Made by a program: the position numbers and the translations under genes. Source: a virus (Duplodnaviria; Caudoviricetes). Taken from it: DNA of 45,972 nucleotides. A model generated the notes under the pieces. That model saw only the letters and a program-made list of their open reading frames with translations. It made no database searches and was not told where the DNA came from. Location of the stretch: the IMG/VR virus record IMGVR_UViG_3300048852_000126, positions 1 to 45,972 of that record; one strand, 5' to 3'. Positions 28,629 to 36,475 of this stretch are shown here, in pieces; the stretch's first letter is position 1, and each line of letters opens with the position of its first letter.

Positions 28629-28975
28629 GCAGCCCTCGCCATTGGTGCTTCATCGATGATGTTCCCGGCGCGGTTGATGAACCACGACCAATCCAGATCG
28701 CTGACACCTTGCGGGCGCATGCTGATGAGCAACTTCGCGAACTGTTCGGCCCATTCGCGAGGCGTGTGACCATCGAACTCGATAATCGCGGCACGCTCCT
28801 CGAACTCACCTTCGCGATCGAGCCAGTCCGCGATTGCACCGGCGTGTTGCTTGATGAAGGCAAGGGCATCGGCCGGCAGCTTCTTGCCGTTGATGATCTT
28901 GAGCCCGCCTCCGTCGATGACAACGTTGGCACCGAGTGCCCGGACCCGAGCCATGATCTTCGCGGGATCAGCCAT
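28625..28975 (-). CDS. Hypothetical phage protein
   Basis: 116 aa, coupled; 'FEERAAIIEFDG' motif. Confidence 0.7.
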   Translation of the reverse strand: MADPAKIMARVRALGANVVIDGGGLKIINGKKLPADALAFIKQHAGAIADWLDREGEFEERAAIIEFDGHTPREWAEQFAKLLISMRPQGVSDLDWSWFINRAGNIIDEAPMARAA

Positions 28976-29840
28976 GTGCTGCCCTCCCCGGAAGCGGAAT
29001 CACGACGTCGTTTGACCAGCCAGCCTCTTCGGCTCGCTTGCGCCACATCTCCGACGTGTTGAGATTCCGGACCTTCTCCTGGCTCTCGCGCTCGATGCGG
29101 CTTGCCTGAGCCGCTATCACCGCATCTTTCCCTGCGATGACCGCCTCGAAGCCGCCCTTCTCCCATTCGGCTTTCATCTCGCCGAACTTCTTGTTCTCGG
29201 CCTTCAGCCGCGCATTCTCTGCCTCAAGGGAGCGCACAGCATCTTCCAGTTCCGCGATGCGGTCTTCCGGCGACAGTCCATCATTGGCAGGTTGCGGCTT
29301 CTGCCTGGCCTCGATCGCCTGCTGCTTCGCTGTCTGCTGGGCCTTCACCTCATCTGGCAGAGCTGCCCTCGCCTCTTCCCGCTGGCGGTCGAACTCCGCT
29401 TGTTGGGCCTTCCTTTCCTCGCGCTGCCGTTCCTTTTCGGCGCGCCTGGCCGCGACCGTTTCGTCAACCGCCTTCTTCGGATCTTCGCCGGCTTCGACTT
29501 TGGCTCTGATCTCGGCGGTGACAGCCGGAAGGTCGGGTTTCAGCTCGCGGGCCGCCGCCTCCGAAACGTCCACAGATGTGGACACTTTGCCGGTCGCCTC
29601 CCTAAGTGCCTGGATCACGCGGCCTTGGTCGAGAAGCTGATACGACCGACTGCGACCCATATCGAACTCGGCTTTGACGTAGGCTTCCCAGGACGAATAG
29701 CCCATTGCCTTCCAAGCCTTGCCTTCGTAGGCGCGGGTGATGTCCGCCCAGGCCGCGTCGATATGCTTGCGGATGCGTTCTGTGATGGCCGTTGCCTCGG
29801 CCTTGTTCATCGCCTTGGTGGCTGGTGCTGCCTTGATCAC
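28968..29840 (-). CDS. Hypothetical coiled-coil phage protein
   Basis: GTG start overlaps rusA stop; 'WKAMGYSSWEAYVKAEFDMGRSRSYQL' motif. Confidence 0.72.
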   Translation of the reverse strand: MIKAAPATKAMNKAEATAITERIRKHIDAAWADITRAYEGKAWKAMGYSSWEAYVKAEFDMGRSRSYQLLDQGRVIQALREATGKVSTSVDVSEAAARELKPDLPAVTAEIRAKVEAGEDPKKAVDETVAARRAEKERQREERKAQQAEFDRQREEARAALPDEVKAQQTAKQQAIEARQKPQPANDGLSPEDRIAELEDAVRSLEAENARLKAENKKFGEMKAEWEKGGFEAVIAGKDAVIAAQASRIERESQEKVRNLNTSEMWRKRAEEAGWSNDVVIPLPGRAAHG

Positions 29841-30268
29841 GCCGCGATCTCCACTGGTGTGCCGACGAGAGACGTGACCTCGACGCGAAGGCTCGCGGCG
29901 TCGGCCAGGCGCTTTACGGTGCGGATTTCGGCGCACTGAGCGTCGTCGACGAACACGATCCCCGACAGCGCGTCCTTCACGATTTTCGTGATATTGTCGG
30001 CGTCTGGCTTGGTGTCCTTCCATGCGCCATCAGGAGCGGCCCGGCGCTTCTTTGTGGTCGACTTCGGCCACGGATAATCGGCGGTCACGACGAGCCGGCA
30101 TGGCCCACTCATAGGCGCCATGCCATGCATTGCCTCATGCGCGGCCGACCGGAGCACGCCCATGTAGTTGCGCTGCCTGGCCGGCGTGAAGGTGAAGCCT
30201 TTGCCGCGACCGGCCCGCGCCCACGGCACCACGTCACCGGGGACAGTGAAAACGACCTCGGTTGCCAT
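29837..30268 (-). CDS. rusA: RusA-family Holliday junction resolvase
   Basis: 'KPDADNITKIVKDALSGIVFVDDAQ' signature. Confidence 0.9.
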   Translation of the reverse strand: MATEVVFTVPGDVVPWARAGRGKGFTFTPARQRNYMGVLRSAAHEAMHGMAPMSGPCRLVVTADYPWPKSTTKKRRAAPDGAWKDTKPDADNITKIVKDALSGIVFVDDAQCAEIRTVKRLADAASLRVEVTSLVGTPVEIAA

Positions 30269-30283
30269 GCTCAGTCCCCTCTC

Positions 30284-30487
30284 TCACCACGTCGTGGCGC
30301 GCTGAATGGTTGGTTTGTCGGTGATCGCCATGCTGCTGGCGTCGTAGGCCCAAATGGCCATGAGAATGGCGGCAGCCGCCCCGACCGCGGCATAGGCGAA
30401 GCCTCGTCCTTCGCCGTGCCGGGCCCACTCAAAGCCGAGCATCGCCGTCTCCCGCGCCAGGCGACGCAGAGCTTTTGTTAACCGCAT
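30284..30487 (-). CDS. Small membrane protein
   Basis: MRLTKALRR... with GAGG RBS and one hydrophobic helix. Confidence 0.55.
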   Translation of the reverse strand: MRLTKALRRLARETAMLGFEWARHGEGRGFAYAAVGAAAAILMAIWAYDASSMAITDKPTIQRATTW

Positions 30488-30839
30488 TAGCTTCCTCGAT
30501 TTCCTGCCGCTTGGCCTCGACCGCGTCGGCGGCGTTCTCAATCCATGAGCAGAGATGCCCGTACTTGTTTCGCAGAAGGCGATAGACGTCCCCGTTGGGA
30601 AACTTCATCGTCTGCCAGTTCTTCCAAAGCCGTTCGGCCTGTGCAGGCGTAACCCCGGCCTTTTCCGCCGCCCGATCACGAGCGGCAGTCTTGGTGTCGC
30701 CCCAGACGCGGTATTCTTCCTTGGTTCCAGCCTTCAGCAGTTCAAAGGCTTCCCGCGCGGCCGGGCTGTGGTGGTCGTATGCGATACTCATCGACTCGCC
30801 CCGTTTCGGTACGGATTCGCACCGTCTTGGTTCGGACAT
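30429..30839 (-). CDS. CII-like HTH regulator (putative)
   Basis: GAGG RBS; 'AARDRAAEKAGVTPAQAERLW' HTH-like; early operon position. Confidence 0.6.
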   Translation of the reverse strand: MSEPRRCESVPKRGESMSIAYDHHSPAAREAFELLKAGTKEEYRVWGDTKTAARDRAAEKAGVTPAQAERLWKNWQTMKFPNGDVYRLLRNKYGHLCSWIENAADAVEAKRQEIEEANAVNKSSASPGAGDGDARL

Positions 30840-31044
30840 GCTGGTTTCCTCTCGCCTATGGTGTGTCCGTCACCACGAGCGACTAAGCCGGTCGAACCGG
30901 CGCAAACTGAAAGGTCGAGAAATGGATCGAACCAAGAACCGCCAAGCTCAGCGTCCGATCCAATTACCGCTTCCGTTGCACCTGCCAGTGCGACGGAAAA
31001 CGGTTGCCGATAATTCGAATGATCCGTTCGCGGATGTGCCAAGG

Positions 31045-31194
31045 TCAGCACCCCGCTCGACGCGCAGCGTCTTCCCGGGTCAAGGGCCGAAGGTCGTTAG
31101 CATCGGTCTGACGCTGGCCGATACGATGGCACGCGACGGCGGCTACGACTGAGCCGGCCAGAAACGCCGCGATATGGGTGAGTGCCGCGATCAT
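31045..31194 (-). CDS. Small hydrophobic protein
   Basis: MIAALTHIAAFLAGSVV...; ATGA-coupled. Confidence 0.5.
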   Translation of the reverse strand: MIAALTHIAAFLAGSVVAAVACHRIGQRQTDANDLRPLTREDAARRAGC

Positions 31195-31502
31195 TCCGGC
31201 ACCCTCAGAACTACGATTGAACGGGCGCGGCCCGGCATGCGCGCGATCCATCCGCGCTTCTCAAGCGCTACGAGGATGCGATTGACGCCAGACTTCGATC
31301 CGAGACCAACACCGTCGGCGATCTCGTCATAGACCGGCGGGACACCTTGCTTCTTCAGGTAATCGATTATGAAGTCGAGGACGTCGCGCTGTCTGATGGT
31401 GAGCCCGCCGATTGGCTTTCGCTCCAATTGGCGGGCCACTTCATTTGCGAGATCGGGATCAGTGTCGATCAGCGCCTCAGCTTCTGCAGGGATGTCTCTC
31501 AT
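31191..31502 (-). CDS. LexA DNA-binding-domain-only protein
   Basis: 'LTIRQRDVLDFI...GVPPVYDEIA...SKSGVNRILVALEKRGWIARMPGRARSI'; no peptidase domain. Confidence 0.85.
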   Translation of the reverse strand: MRDIPAEAEALIDTDPDLANEVARQLERKPIGGLTIRQRDVLDFIIDYLKKQGVPPVYDEIADGVGLGSKSGVNRILVALEKRGWIARMPGRARSIVVLRVPE

Positions 31503-32782
31503 GCCGCGGCCTCGTTCGCCTCGGCCCAAAGCCGGATCTGCTCGTCTTTCGGACGCTGGGCCCAAGCCACCGAGCAATCGAAACAACAGTCACGGCTATG
31601 TTTGAGATGACAGGTTTCAGGCTTCAGGCAGCGAGGATTGTTGAAAAGGGTTGCCCCGGAGGCGGGAGGAGGAGTGACCTCCGGGGCTGCAGTCGCCTGC
31701 CGGGCTGGGGAGGCCGCGGGGTTGGCAGGCATCTCGGAATTGGTGCCGACGAGGGCCGGATTGGATACCGGGGCGATTTTACCGCTCAGCGGGATCGTCT
31801 GCCTTCCCAGGTCAGCACTCTCCTCGTCGGTTGCGGCACTCTCTCCGCCCGTCACGCTCTCATTGACGGGCGCGTTGCCCCGCCGCGCGAATTCCGACTG
31901 GGGAGGCTCGCGGTCCGCTCCCAGAAGCTGCCCGTTGCTAGACATTTTGAGGCCGTCTTGAACGGAGCCGAAGTCATCCAGCCTTCTCGTTGCCCCATCG
32001 GGCGAATTGGTTGCGCCGACTTTCACGGCGCTGCTGGCGCGCTCCGCGCTGCGATCTACATCATCGCCTCCCGTGCCAGTGGCTGGATTGCTCTCCGTGA
32101 TCGTGAAACCGACGAACCGCAGATAGTCGAGGAACCGCTCGCGAGCCGGCGGGGACGCCTTGTCCCAGGCCAACACGATGGCGTCGGCTTCGCGCTCGAC
32201 GTCGGTGCGCGCGTCGGGGGTATCGGTTTCGCCGAGGGCCTTCGCGACTGCCGCATTGACCATCGCGCGAGTGGGCTCATTGCCGTCCGCGAGCGCCCTC
32301 TCGACCGTCTCGGCGACGACGCCGGGCCTAGCCTGCTCGGCGTTGCGCACTCGGCGAGCATCGTGAACAGCCTGACGACTGATCCCCGCTTCCTTGGCAG
32401 TAAAACCGTTTTCGCCCGAAACGGTTTTTGGGCGACCGCCCTTTCGAGCTTCCACTGGCTGTGCCGCGTCGTACTCGTCGGCAAGACGCTCTTTGGCGCC
32501 GGCCTCGATCTTCAAGGCGTTCGCCTGTGCGCGGTGCGCCTCGGCGATGAGCGTATCGTGGGCGCCCTTGGCGGCAGCCAGACGAGCGGCGCGTTTGGCC
32601 GCGTCATAGATCAGGGAAGCCTTGTCCTTGGCGTCCAGCACCTCGGCCGCACTCTTTGCCTGCGCGAGCTGCGCTGCCGCTGCCTCTACCAGCGCCGGAA
32701 GCTTGCCGATTTCCTTCGCGACTGGCGCAACCGGCGCCGGCATCGTCGCCTCGCCCGACTTGATGTCGCCGTAGGAGATCAT
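31499..32782 (-). CDS. Hypothetical phage early protein (helical N-terminus, low-complexity linker, Cys-rich C-terminus)
   Basis: ATGA-coupled to cro; 'RLADEYDAAQ...GGRPK'; C-terminal 'CLKPETCH..CCFDC'. Confidence 0.75.
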   Translation of the reverse strand: MISYGDIKSGEATMPAPVAPVAKEIGKLPALVEAAAAQLAQAKSAAEVLDAKDKASLIYDAAKRAARLAAAKGAHDTLIAEAHRAQANALKIEAGAKERLADEYDAAQPVEARKGGRPKTVSGENGFTAKEAGISRQAVHDARRVRNAEQARPGVVAETVERALADGNEPTRAMVNAAVAKALGETDTPDARTDVEREADAIVLAWDKASPPARERFLDYLRFVGFTITESNPATGTGGDDVDRSAERASSAVKVGATNSPDGATRRLDDFGSVQDGLKMSSNGQLLGADREPPQSEFARRGNAPVNESVTGGESAATDEESADLGRQTIPLSGKIAPVSNPALVGTNSEMPANPAASPARQATAAPEVTPPPASGATLFNNPRCLKPETCHLKHSRDCCFDCSVAWAQRPKDEQIRLWAEANEAAA

Positions 32783-33021
32783 GCCGCGTTCTCCACAACC
32801 GGGCGCGCAACATTCGCGGGCCAGTCGGCATCTTCGGGCCAGTTCGCGGAGAACCATGCAATCGCCGCATTGAAGCGGCCAACCGTGATGTCCGCCCCGT
32901 TTCGAATGGCCGTCAGCTTCTTGCTGTCGCCGAAGACGCGGTGGCTAAGCGTCACTTCCTTGACCGAAGTGGCTGCGATGAATGCGTCGGCAAGGCCGAG
33001 AAGGTGCGCGATCTCTGTCAT
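32779..33021 (-). CDS. Cro-like repressor
   Basis: 80 aa divergent from cI; 'TLSHRVFGDSKKL..IRNGADIT...WFSANWP'. Confidence 0.8.
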   Translation of the reverse strand: MTEIAHLLGLADAFIAATSVKEVTLSHRVFGDSKKLTAIRNGADITVGRFNAAIAWFSANWPEDADWPANVARPVVENAA

Positions 33022-33034
33022 AGCGCTACCTTGT

Positions 33035-33107
33035 CGGTTATTTTACCGCCGCTGTCAACGGTTTTCTTACCGCTCGCTGCAGCCCGTCGTTAGCGGTAAT
33101 TTCACCA
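33035..33107. promoter_or_regulatory. OR operator cluster and PR promoter
   Basis: CGGTTATTTTACCG 33035-48, CGGTTTTCTTACCG 33059-72, CGGTAATTTCACCA 33094-107; TTGACA on minus strand at 33058-33053. Confidence 0.85.
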
Positions 33108-33108
33108 C

Positions 33109-33528
33109 ATGATTGACCTGGCTCAAATCATTGAGAAAATCGAGGCTCGGATAGCTGAGCTCGGAATGACGGCGGCCGAAGTTTCCGCCAAGGCGACGGA
33201 TTCGAAAGATACGATCCGGAACTGGAAAAGGGCAGTCGAGGCCGATCGGCGGAACGGAACGAATAAAGCCAGCGCGACCACGATCAAACTTAATCAGGTC
33301 GAAGCTGTGCTTGGGATCGAACTGGCGCGCAATGGAAGTGGCGCGACACCGGAGGCTCAGTTGCGGTCAGCTCTACTCGCCTTCGGTGTCGATGCAGAAG
33401 ATCTTGGCCGAGCCGTCTCTTCTGTCAAAGTGTTCGTCGACGACCACGACGAGCAATCATCACAAGGCCTTCCTCATGATCAATCCTCACCCGCCAATCG
33501 CCGCCGTGAAGTAGAGCCATCGCGGTAG
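33109..33528 (+). CDS. CI-like XRE repressor without S24 peptidase domain
   Basis: 'ARIAELGMTAAEVSAKAT..KDTIRNW' HTH; divergent from cro; 139 aa. Confidence 0.82.
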   Translation: MIDLAQIIEKIEARIAELGMTAAEVSAKATDSKDTIRNWKRAVEADRRNGTNKASATTIKLNQVEAVLGIELARNGSGATPEAQLRSALLAFGVDAEDLGRAVSSVKVFVDDHDEQSSQGLPHDQSSPANRRREVEPSR

Positions 33529-33655
33529 AGATTTCAGCGGCCTTTCTCTTTATGACGATCACAGGATCGAGCGGGGCGGCGGCACCGGACGCTTCACGTA
33601 GTTCAGCGACAATCTCCTCGTTCCGCGTTTGGTACCGCGGCCTATATTCGATCAT
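33425..33655 (-). CDS. Small SOS-box-preceded protein (candidate antirepressor)
   Basis: MIEYRPRYQTRNEE... with GGGGA RBS; convergent overlap with cI. Confidence 0.7.
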   Translation of the reverse strand: MIEYRPRYQTRNEEIVAELREASGAAAPLDPVIVIKRKAAEISTAMALLHGGDWRVRIDHEEGLVMIARRGRRRTL

Positions 33656-33739
33656 GACTTCCCCGCCCACTAACTAGCCGGCCGCCGCGGCGCCACGTAC
33701 TCGGTAAAATGCCTGGTCAATGTATCACCCTCAAAACGA

Positions 33740-33754
33740 GAACATAATAGGAAC
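33740..33754. promoter_or_regulatory. Alphaproteobacterial LexA (SOS) box
   Basis: GAAC-ATAATAG-GAAC matches GAAC-N7-GAAC exactly; intergenic. Confidence 0.8.
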
Positions 33755-33855
33755 ATCTACCTAAGCGGCGAGTCAATCGCCGATCTGGCCAGTGCTTCAT
33801 GATCTGTGAATTTTCCTCCTCGTTTCGAGCCCGTCCGCAGGCCGCTAACGAATTG

Positions 33856-34293
33856 CTACATACCGTCAGGTTCCGTGTCTACAATTGAAGTGTCCAAAAT
33901 GGACAGTTCGCGCATAGCTTGCCGAACGACCTTCTCAGTAGCCTCAAAGAAAGCGTCGTTTTCAGGCGTGGATGACCGGAAAGAATAGACAACCCGACGC
34001 CCCACACGCTTGTGATTTATGTTCCCGCGGCGCTGCATCGCAGTCAGATGCCTGTGGACAGAAGTCCTCGGCAACGTCGTCACGGCCGAGATCTGGGTCG
34101 CGTCCATGGGGCGCCCCTCGTACTGCCCCACGCGGATCGCGAACGACACCAGGGTTTCCTCTGTGGGCACGCTACGGGACGTTGCCAGCGCATGAAGGTC
34201 CAACATCAATCGCAGAAGGATGCATCGGACTTGCTTTTGATGATGGGTGGCGTCTGGCAATTCGGGGCAGCACCTCTGAACGCCCCCTCGCAT
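33856..34293 (-). CDS. Winged-HTH protein (IclR/ArsR-like HTH); start uncertain
   Basis: 'PMDATQISAVTTLPRTSVHRHLTAM'. Confidence 0.68.
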   Translation of the reverse strand: MRGGVQRCCPELPDATHHQKQVRCILLRLMLDLHALATSRSVPTEETLVSFAIRVGQYEGRPMDATQISAVTTLPRTSVHRHLTAMQRRGNINHKRVGRRVVYSFRSSTPENDAFFEATEKVVRQAMRELSILDTSIVDTEPDGM

Positions 34294-34326
34294 ATGGTTC
34301 CACTTTTGTCGCTATTGTGGAACCAT
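34294..34326. repeat. Perfect 10-bp inverted repeat between divergent regulator genes
   Basis: ATGGTTCCAC-N13-GTGGAACCAT. Confidence 0.75.
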
Positions 34327-34361
34327 TTCTAGCGCTTAATGTTTCGGCGATAAGTCGGGGC

Positions 34362-34634
34362 ATGCCCAAACAGCCGCCCCATAATTTCCACCTCCGATTG
34401 CCTGAAGACGTCTTGTCGTTCCTAATGGATGAGAAAGGCGGCAATAGCCTGAACGGGGAGATCGTCGATCGGCTGCGCGGTTCGATGGCGCAGAGCGACG
34501 CGGATAGGCTTGGGAAGGCACTCCGGCCGATACTCGACACGCTAGAGCCGGCCGACCGGGACGAACTCGTCGCGCTCGCAATCCGGGCTTTGGAGATCCT
34601 GGCGAAGAGCAAAACCCGAGGACGTCGGAAGTAG
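34362..34634 (+). CDS. Arc-like ribbon-helix-helix protein
   Basis: 'FHLRLPEDV...NSLNGEIVDRL' Arc motif. Confidence 0.8.
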   Translation: MPKQPPHNFHLRLPEDVLSFLMDEKGGNSLNGEIVDRLRGSMAQSDADRLGKALRPILDTLEPADRDELVALAIRALEILAKSKTRGRRK

Positions 34635-34710
34635 GCGTTCTTCGGCTTAGTAGCTGACCTTCTCCCAGTTCTATCAATCTCCCTCTCAGGGCTATAACCC
34701 CTTCAAAGAA

Positions 34711-34785
34711 TCTACCGTTATTATGGTCTACCGTTATTAGGGGTGTCACCAGCGACACTTTGCGGAAGTGTCAGTAGTGACACTT
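34711..34785. repeat. Iteron-like cluster: two 13-bp direct repeats and two GTGTCA-N4-(T/C)GACAC palindromes
   Basis: TCTACCGTTATTA at 34711 and 34727; GTGTCACCAGCGACAC 34743-58; AAGTGTCAGTAGTGACACTT 34766-85. Confidence 0.8.
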
Positions 34786-35131
34786 AGGCGCGCCATGGGA
34801 AGATCAGGAAGTAGTGGTTGACGGCGCGGTTCCGCTTGCCCCGTGCGACCTGCTCTCGATCGATAAACCCTTCCTCGCGCAACCGCTTCACAGCTCTCTT
34901 CACGGTCTCGACGCTGAGGTTCAGGTCCTTGGCGATCGTGGTCTGTTGGTGCTTGGTGTGGTTGTCGCGTCGGTTCATGTGCATGGCGATGAAGATCCCG
35001 ACGCGTTGGCAATCCGAGGACAGGTAGTCGCGCCCAAGGATATGCCGCACCCATTCATCGCGATCCCGGTACCACTCGCCCGCAAGGGACAAGCCCGGGT
35101 CATTTCGCATCCAGTCTTCCATGCTTCTCAA
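34784..35131 (-). CDS. Winged-HTH protein resembling a replication initiator N-terminal domain
   Basis: 'QTTIAKDLNLSVETVKRAVKRLREEGFI...NRAVNHY'. Confidence 0.78.
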   Translation of the reverse strand: MRSMEDWMRNDPGLSLAGEWYRDRDEWVRHILGRDYLSSDCQRVGIFIAMHMNRRDNHTKHQQTTIAKDLNLSVETVKRAVKRLREEGFIDREQVARGKRNRAVNHYFLIFPWRA

Positions 35132-35208
35132 CCAATTGCGTCGGTCGGGCCATCCCGCCTGAGACCTTGGTTTTACGCGCGCCGGCCTGCCGCCGCAACA
35201 CGTTGTGT

Positions 35209-35258
35209 CGGTTTTTTTACCGCCAGATGTTGACGGCGGTAATTTTACCGTCTAAATT
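35209..35258 (+). promoter_or_regulatory. OL operators and PL promoter
   Basis: CGGTTTTTTTACCG 35209-22, CGGTAATTTTACCG 35237-50; TTGACG (35230)-17 bp-TAAATT (35253). Confidence 0.85.
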
Positions 35259-35314
35259 GCCTCCCATCAGCCACGAAGAAGCCCTTGGCCGATCTGGCGG
35301 AGATGGAGACACCA

Positions 35315-35551
35315 ATGACCATCGAAATCATTTCAACGCATACGCCCGACGACGAATACAGCTTCGATGCGCATGAACTTGCCGAGGCTCTAGCGGCAGC
35401 GGTCGACACCGCAGTCGAAACCGACGGCGAAGCCTTTCATTACATCCGCCTCGAAGACGGACGGCACATCGGGAAAGTCATCGTCAACAAGGAAACGCTC
35501 AGCGACGGAAGCATCGTCTGCGAGCTCGTCCTTCTCCCCGCTGCGATCTGA
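35315..35551 (+). CDS. Hypothetical protein, first gene of PL operon
   Basis: GGAG RBS; MTIEIISTHTPDD... Confidence 0.7.
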   Translation: MTIEIISTHTPDDEYSFDAHELAEALAAAVDTAVETDGEAFHYIRLEDGRHIGKVIVNKETLSDGSIVCELVLLPAAI

Positions 35552-35563
35552 GCCTTTCGGTTT

Positions 35564-35582
35564 CCCGCCTACGGGCGGGTTT
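35564..35582 (+). terminator. UNCG hairpin (weak terminator or processing site)
   Basis: CCCGCC-TACG-GGCGGG followed by TTT. Confidence 0.45.
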
Positions 35583-35604
35583 CCATTTGCGGAGACACCA
35601 CCCG

Positions 35605-36036
35605 ATGAACGCACTGCTCATCAAAACCGACCCGAAGCGGCCGAACGGCAGGGTCATATATTCCGGCTCGACGAAGGTCGGCACGGTCTGGGAGACCGAT
35701 CGACCGAACCCCGACATGCGGTTCAAGTGGACCAGCGAGAACGACCACTACGGCTATGCCGGCACTCTCGCTGCCGCTCTCGTCGAGCTGACTGAGAAGG
35801 TCCCCGGCGTGATTGCCGAAGCCGACAAGGCCGCGCGTGCCGCTGCGGAGTTCGACGCCCTCCCCGTCCATGTGCAGGATCTGGTTCTTGCCGAACAGCG
35901 TGCCCGGATCGAGCGCGACCGGGAGCGGAACCGGACCATCCTGCACGAGGAACGGCTCGCCGCTGCTGAAGCTGCTTGGGAGACGGCCAAGGCCGCGCTC
36001 GACGCTGCGCTCTCCCCTGTGGCGGAGGCTGCCTGA
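35605..36036 (+). CDS. Hypothetical phage protein
   Basis: GGAG RBS; MNALLIKTDPKR... Confidence 0.7.
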   Translation: MNALLIKTDPKRPNGRVIYSGSTKVGTVWETDRPNPDMRFKWTSENDHYGYAGTLAAALVELTEKVPGVIAEADKAARAAAEFDALPVHVQDLVLAEQRARIERDRERNRTILHEERLAAAEAAWETAKAALDAALSPVAEAA

Positions 36037-36037
36037 G

Positions 36038-36454
36038 ATGAGCGACCTCCTTCGCATGGATTACATCAACAGCCTTCCTCAGCCGTTCCTTGCCCGGTTT
36101 TGCGGCGACCAGTCGTGGTGGCCGGTCCACGATTTCGAGGTCCAGACGGGTCTCATGAGGATCGACGTTTGCGGCCTGCTGCAGGTCAAGAGCTTCGGCG
36201 AGGTCATGGAAATCAAGGACGGGGATCACAACACCCACGATCCCGACACCTTCTACAGCGATTTTTCGGAGCCCGCTGACATGACCGAACAGAAGCACAC
36301 GGAGCCATTCGGCATCACCGTTCACGGCACCAACGACAAAGGGCAGGTGCTCATCACTCTTCCCGAAGCCGAAGCGCCAGGATCATTCTTGAGCGAATTG
36401 GTCGCGAAGCTTGATGCCGAAAACGCAGCCATAGCCAAGGCCGAGGGCCGCTGA
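36038..36454 (+). CDS. Hypothetical protein; apparent in-frame fusion with a mini-gene starting at 36281
   Basis: GGAGG RBS; internal MTEQKHT...AAIAKAEGR cassette. Confidence 0.65.
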   Translation: MSDLLRMDYINSLPQPFLARFCGDQSWWPVHDFEVQTGLMRIDVCGLLQVKSFGEVMEIKDGDHNTHDPDTFYSDFSEPADMTEQKHTEPFGITVHGTNDKGQVLITLPEAEAPGSFLSELVAKLDAENAAIAKAEGR

Positions 36455-36475
36455 CATGACCGAACAGAAGCACAC
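36273..36475 (+). repeat. 28-bp perfect direct repeat at gene starts
   Basis: CCGCTGACATGACCGAACAGAAGCACAC at 36273-36300 and 36448-36475. Confidence 0.9.

Noticed and set aside
31412-33112. 566-aa plus-strand ORF
   Set aside because: Shadow of the coupled cro operon; runs through the operators; no recognisable domain
33702-33715. Sixth repressor operator (CGGTAAAATGCCTG)
   Set aside because: Only one half-site matches
34711-34785. Mini CRISPR array
   Set aside because: Repeats are short, nearly adjacent and lack spacers; no cas genes
36273-36475. att site or DGR template/variable repeat
   Set aside because: Copies are 175 bp apart, far from int, identical with no adenine-specific differences; no reverse transcriptase in the window
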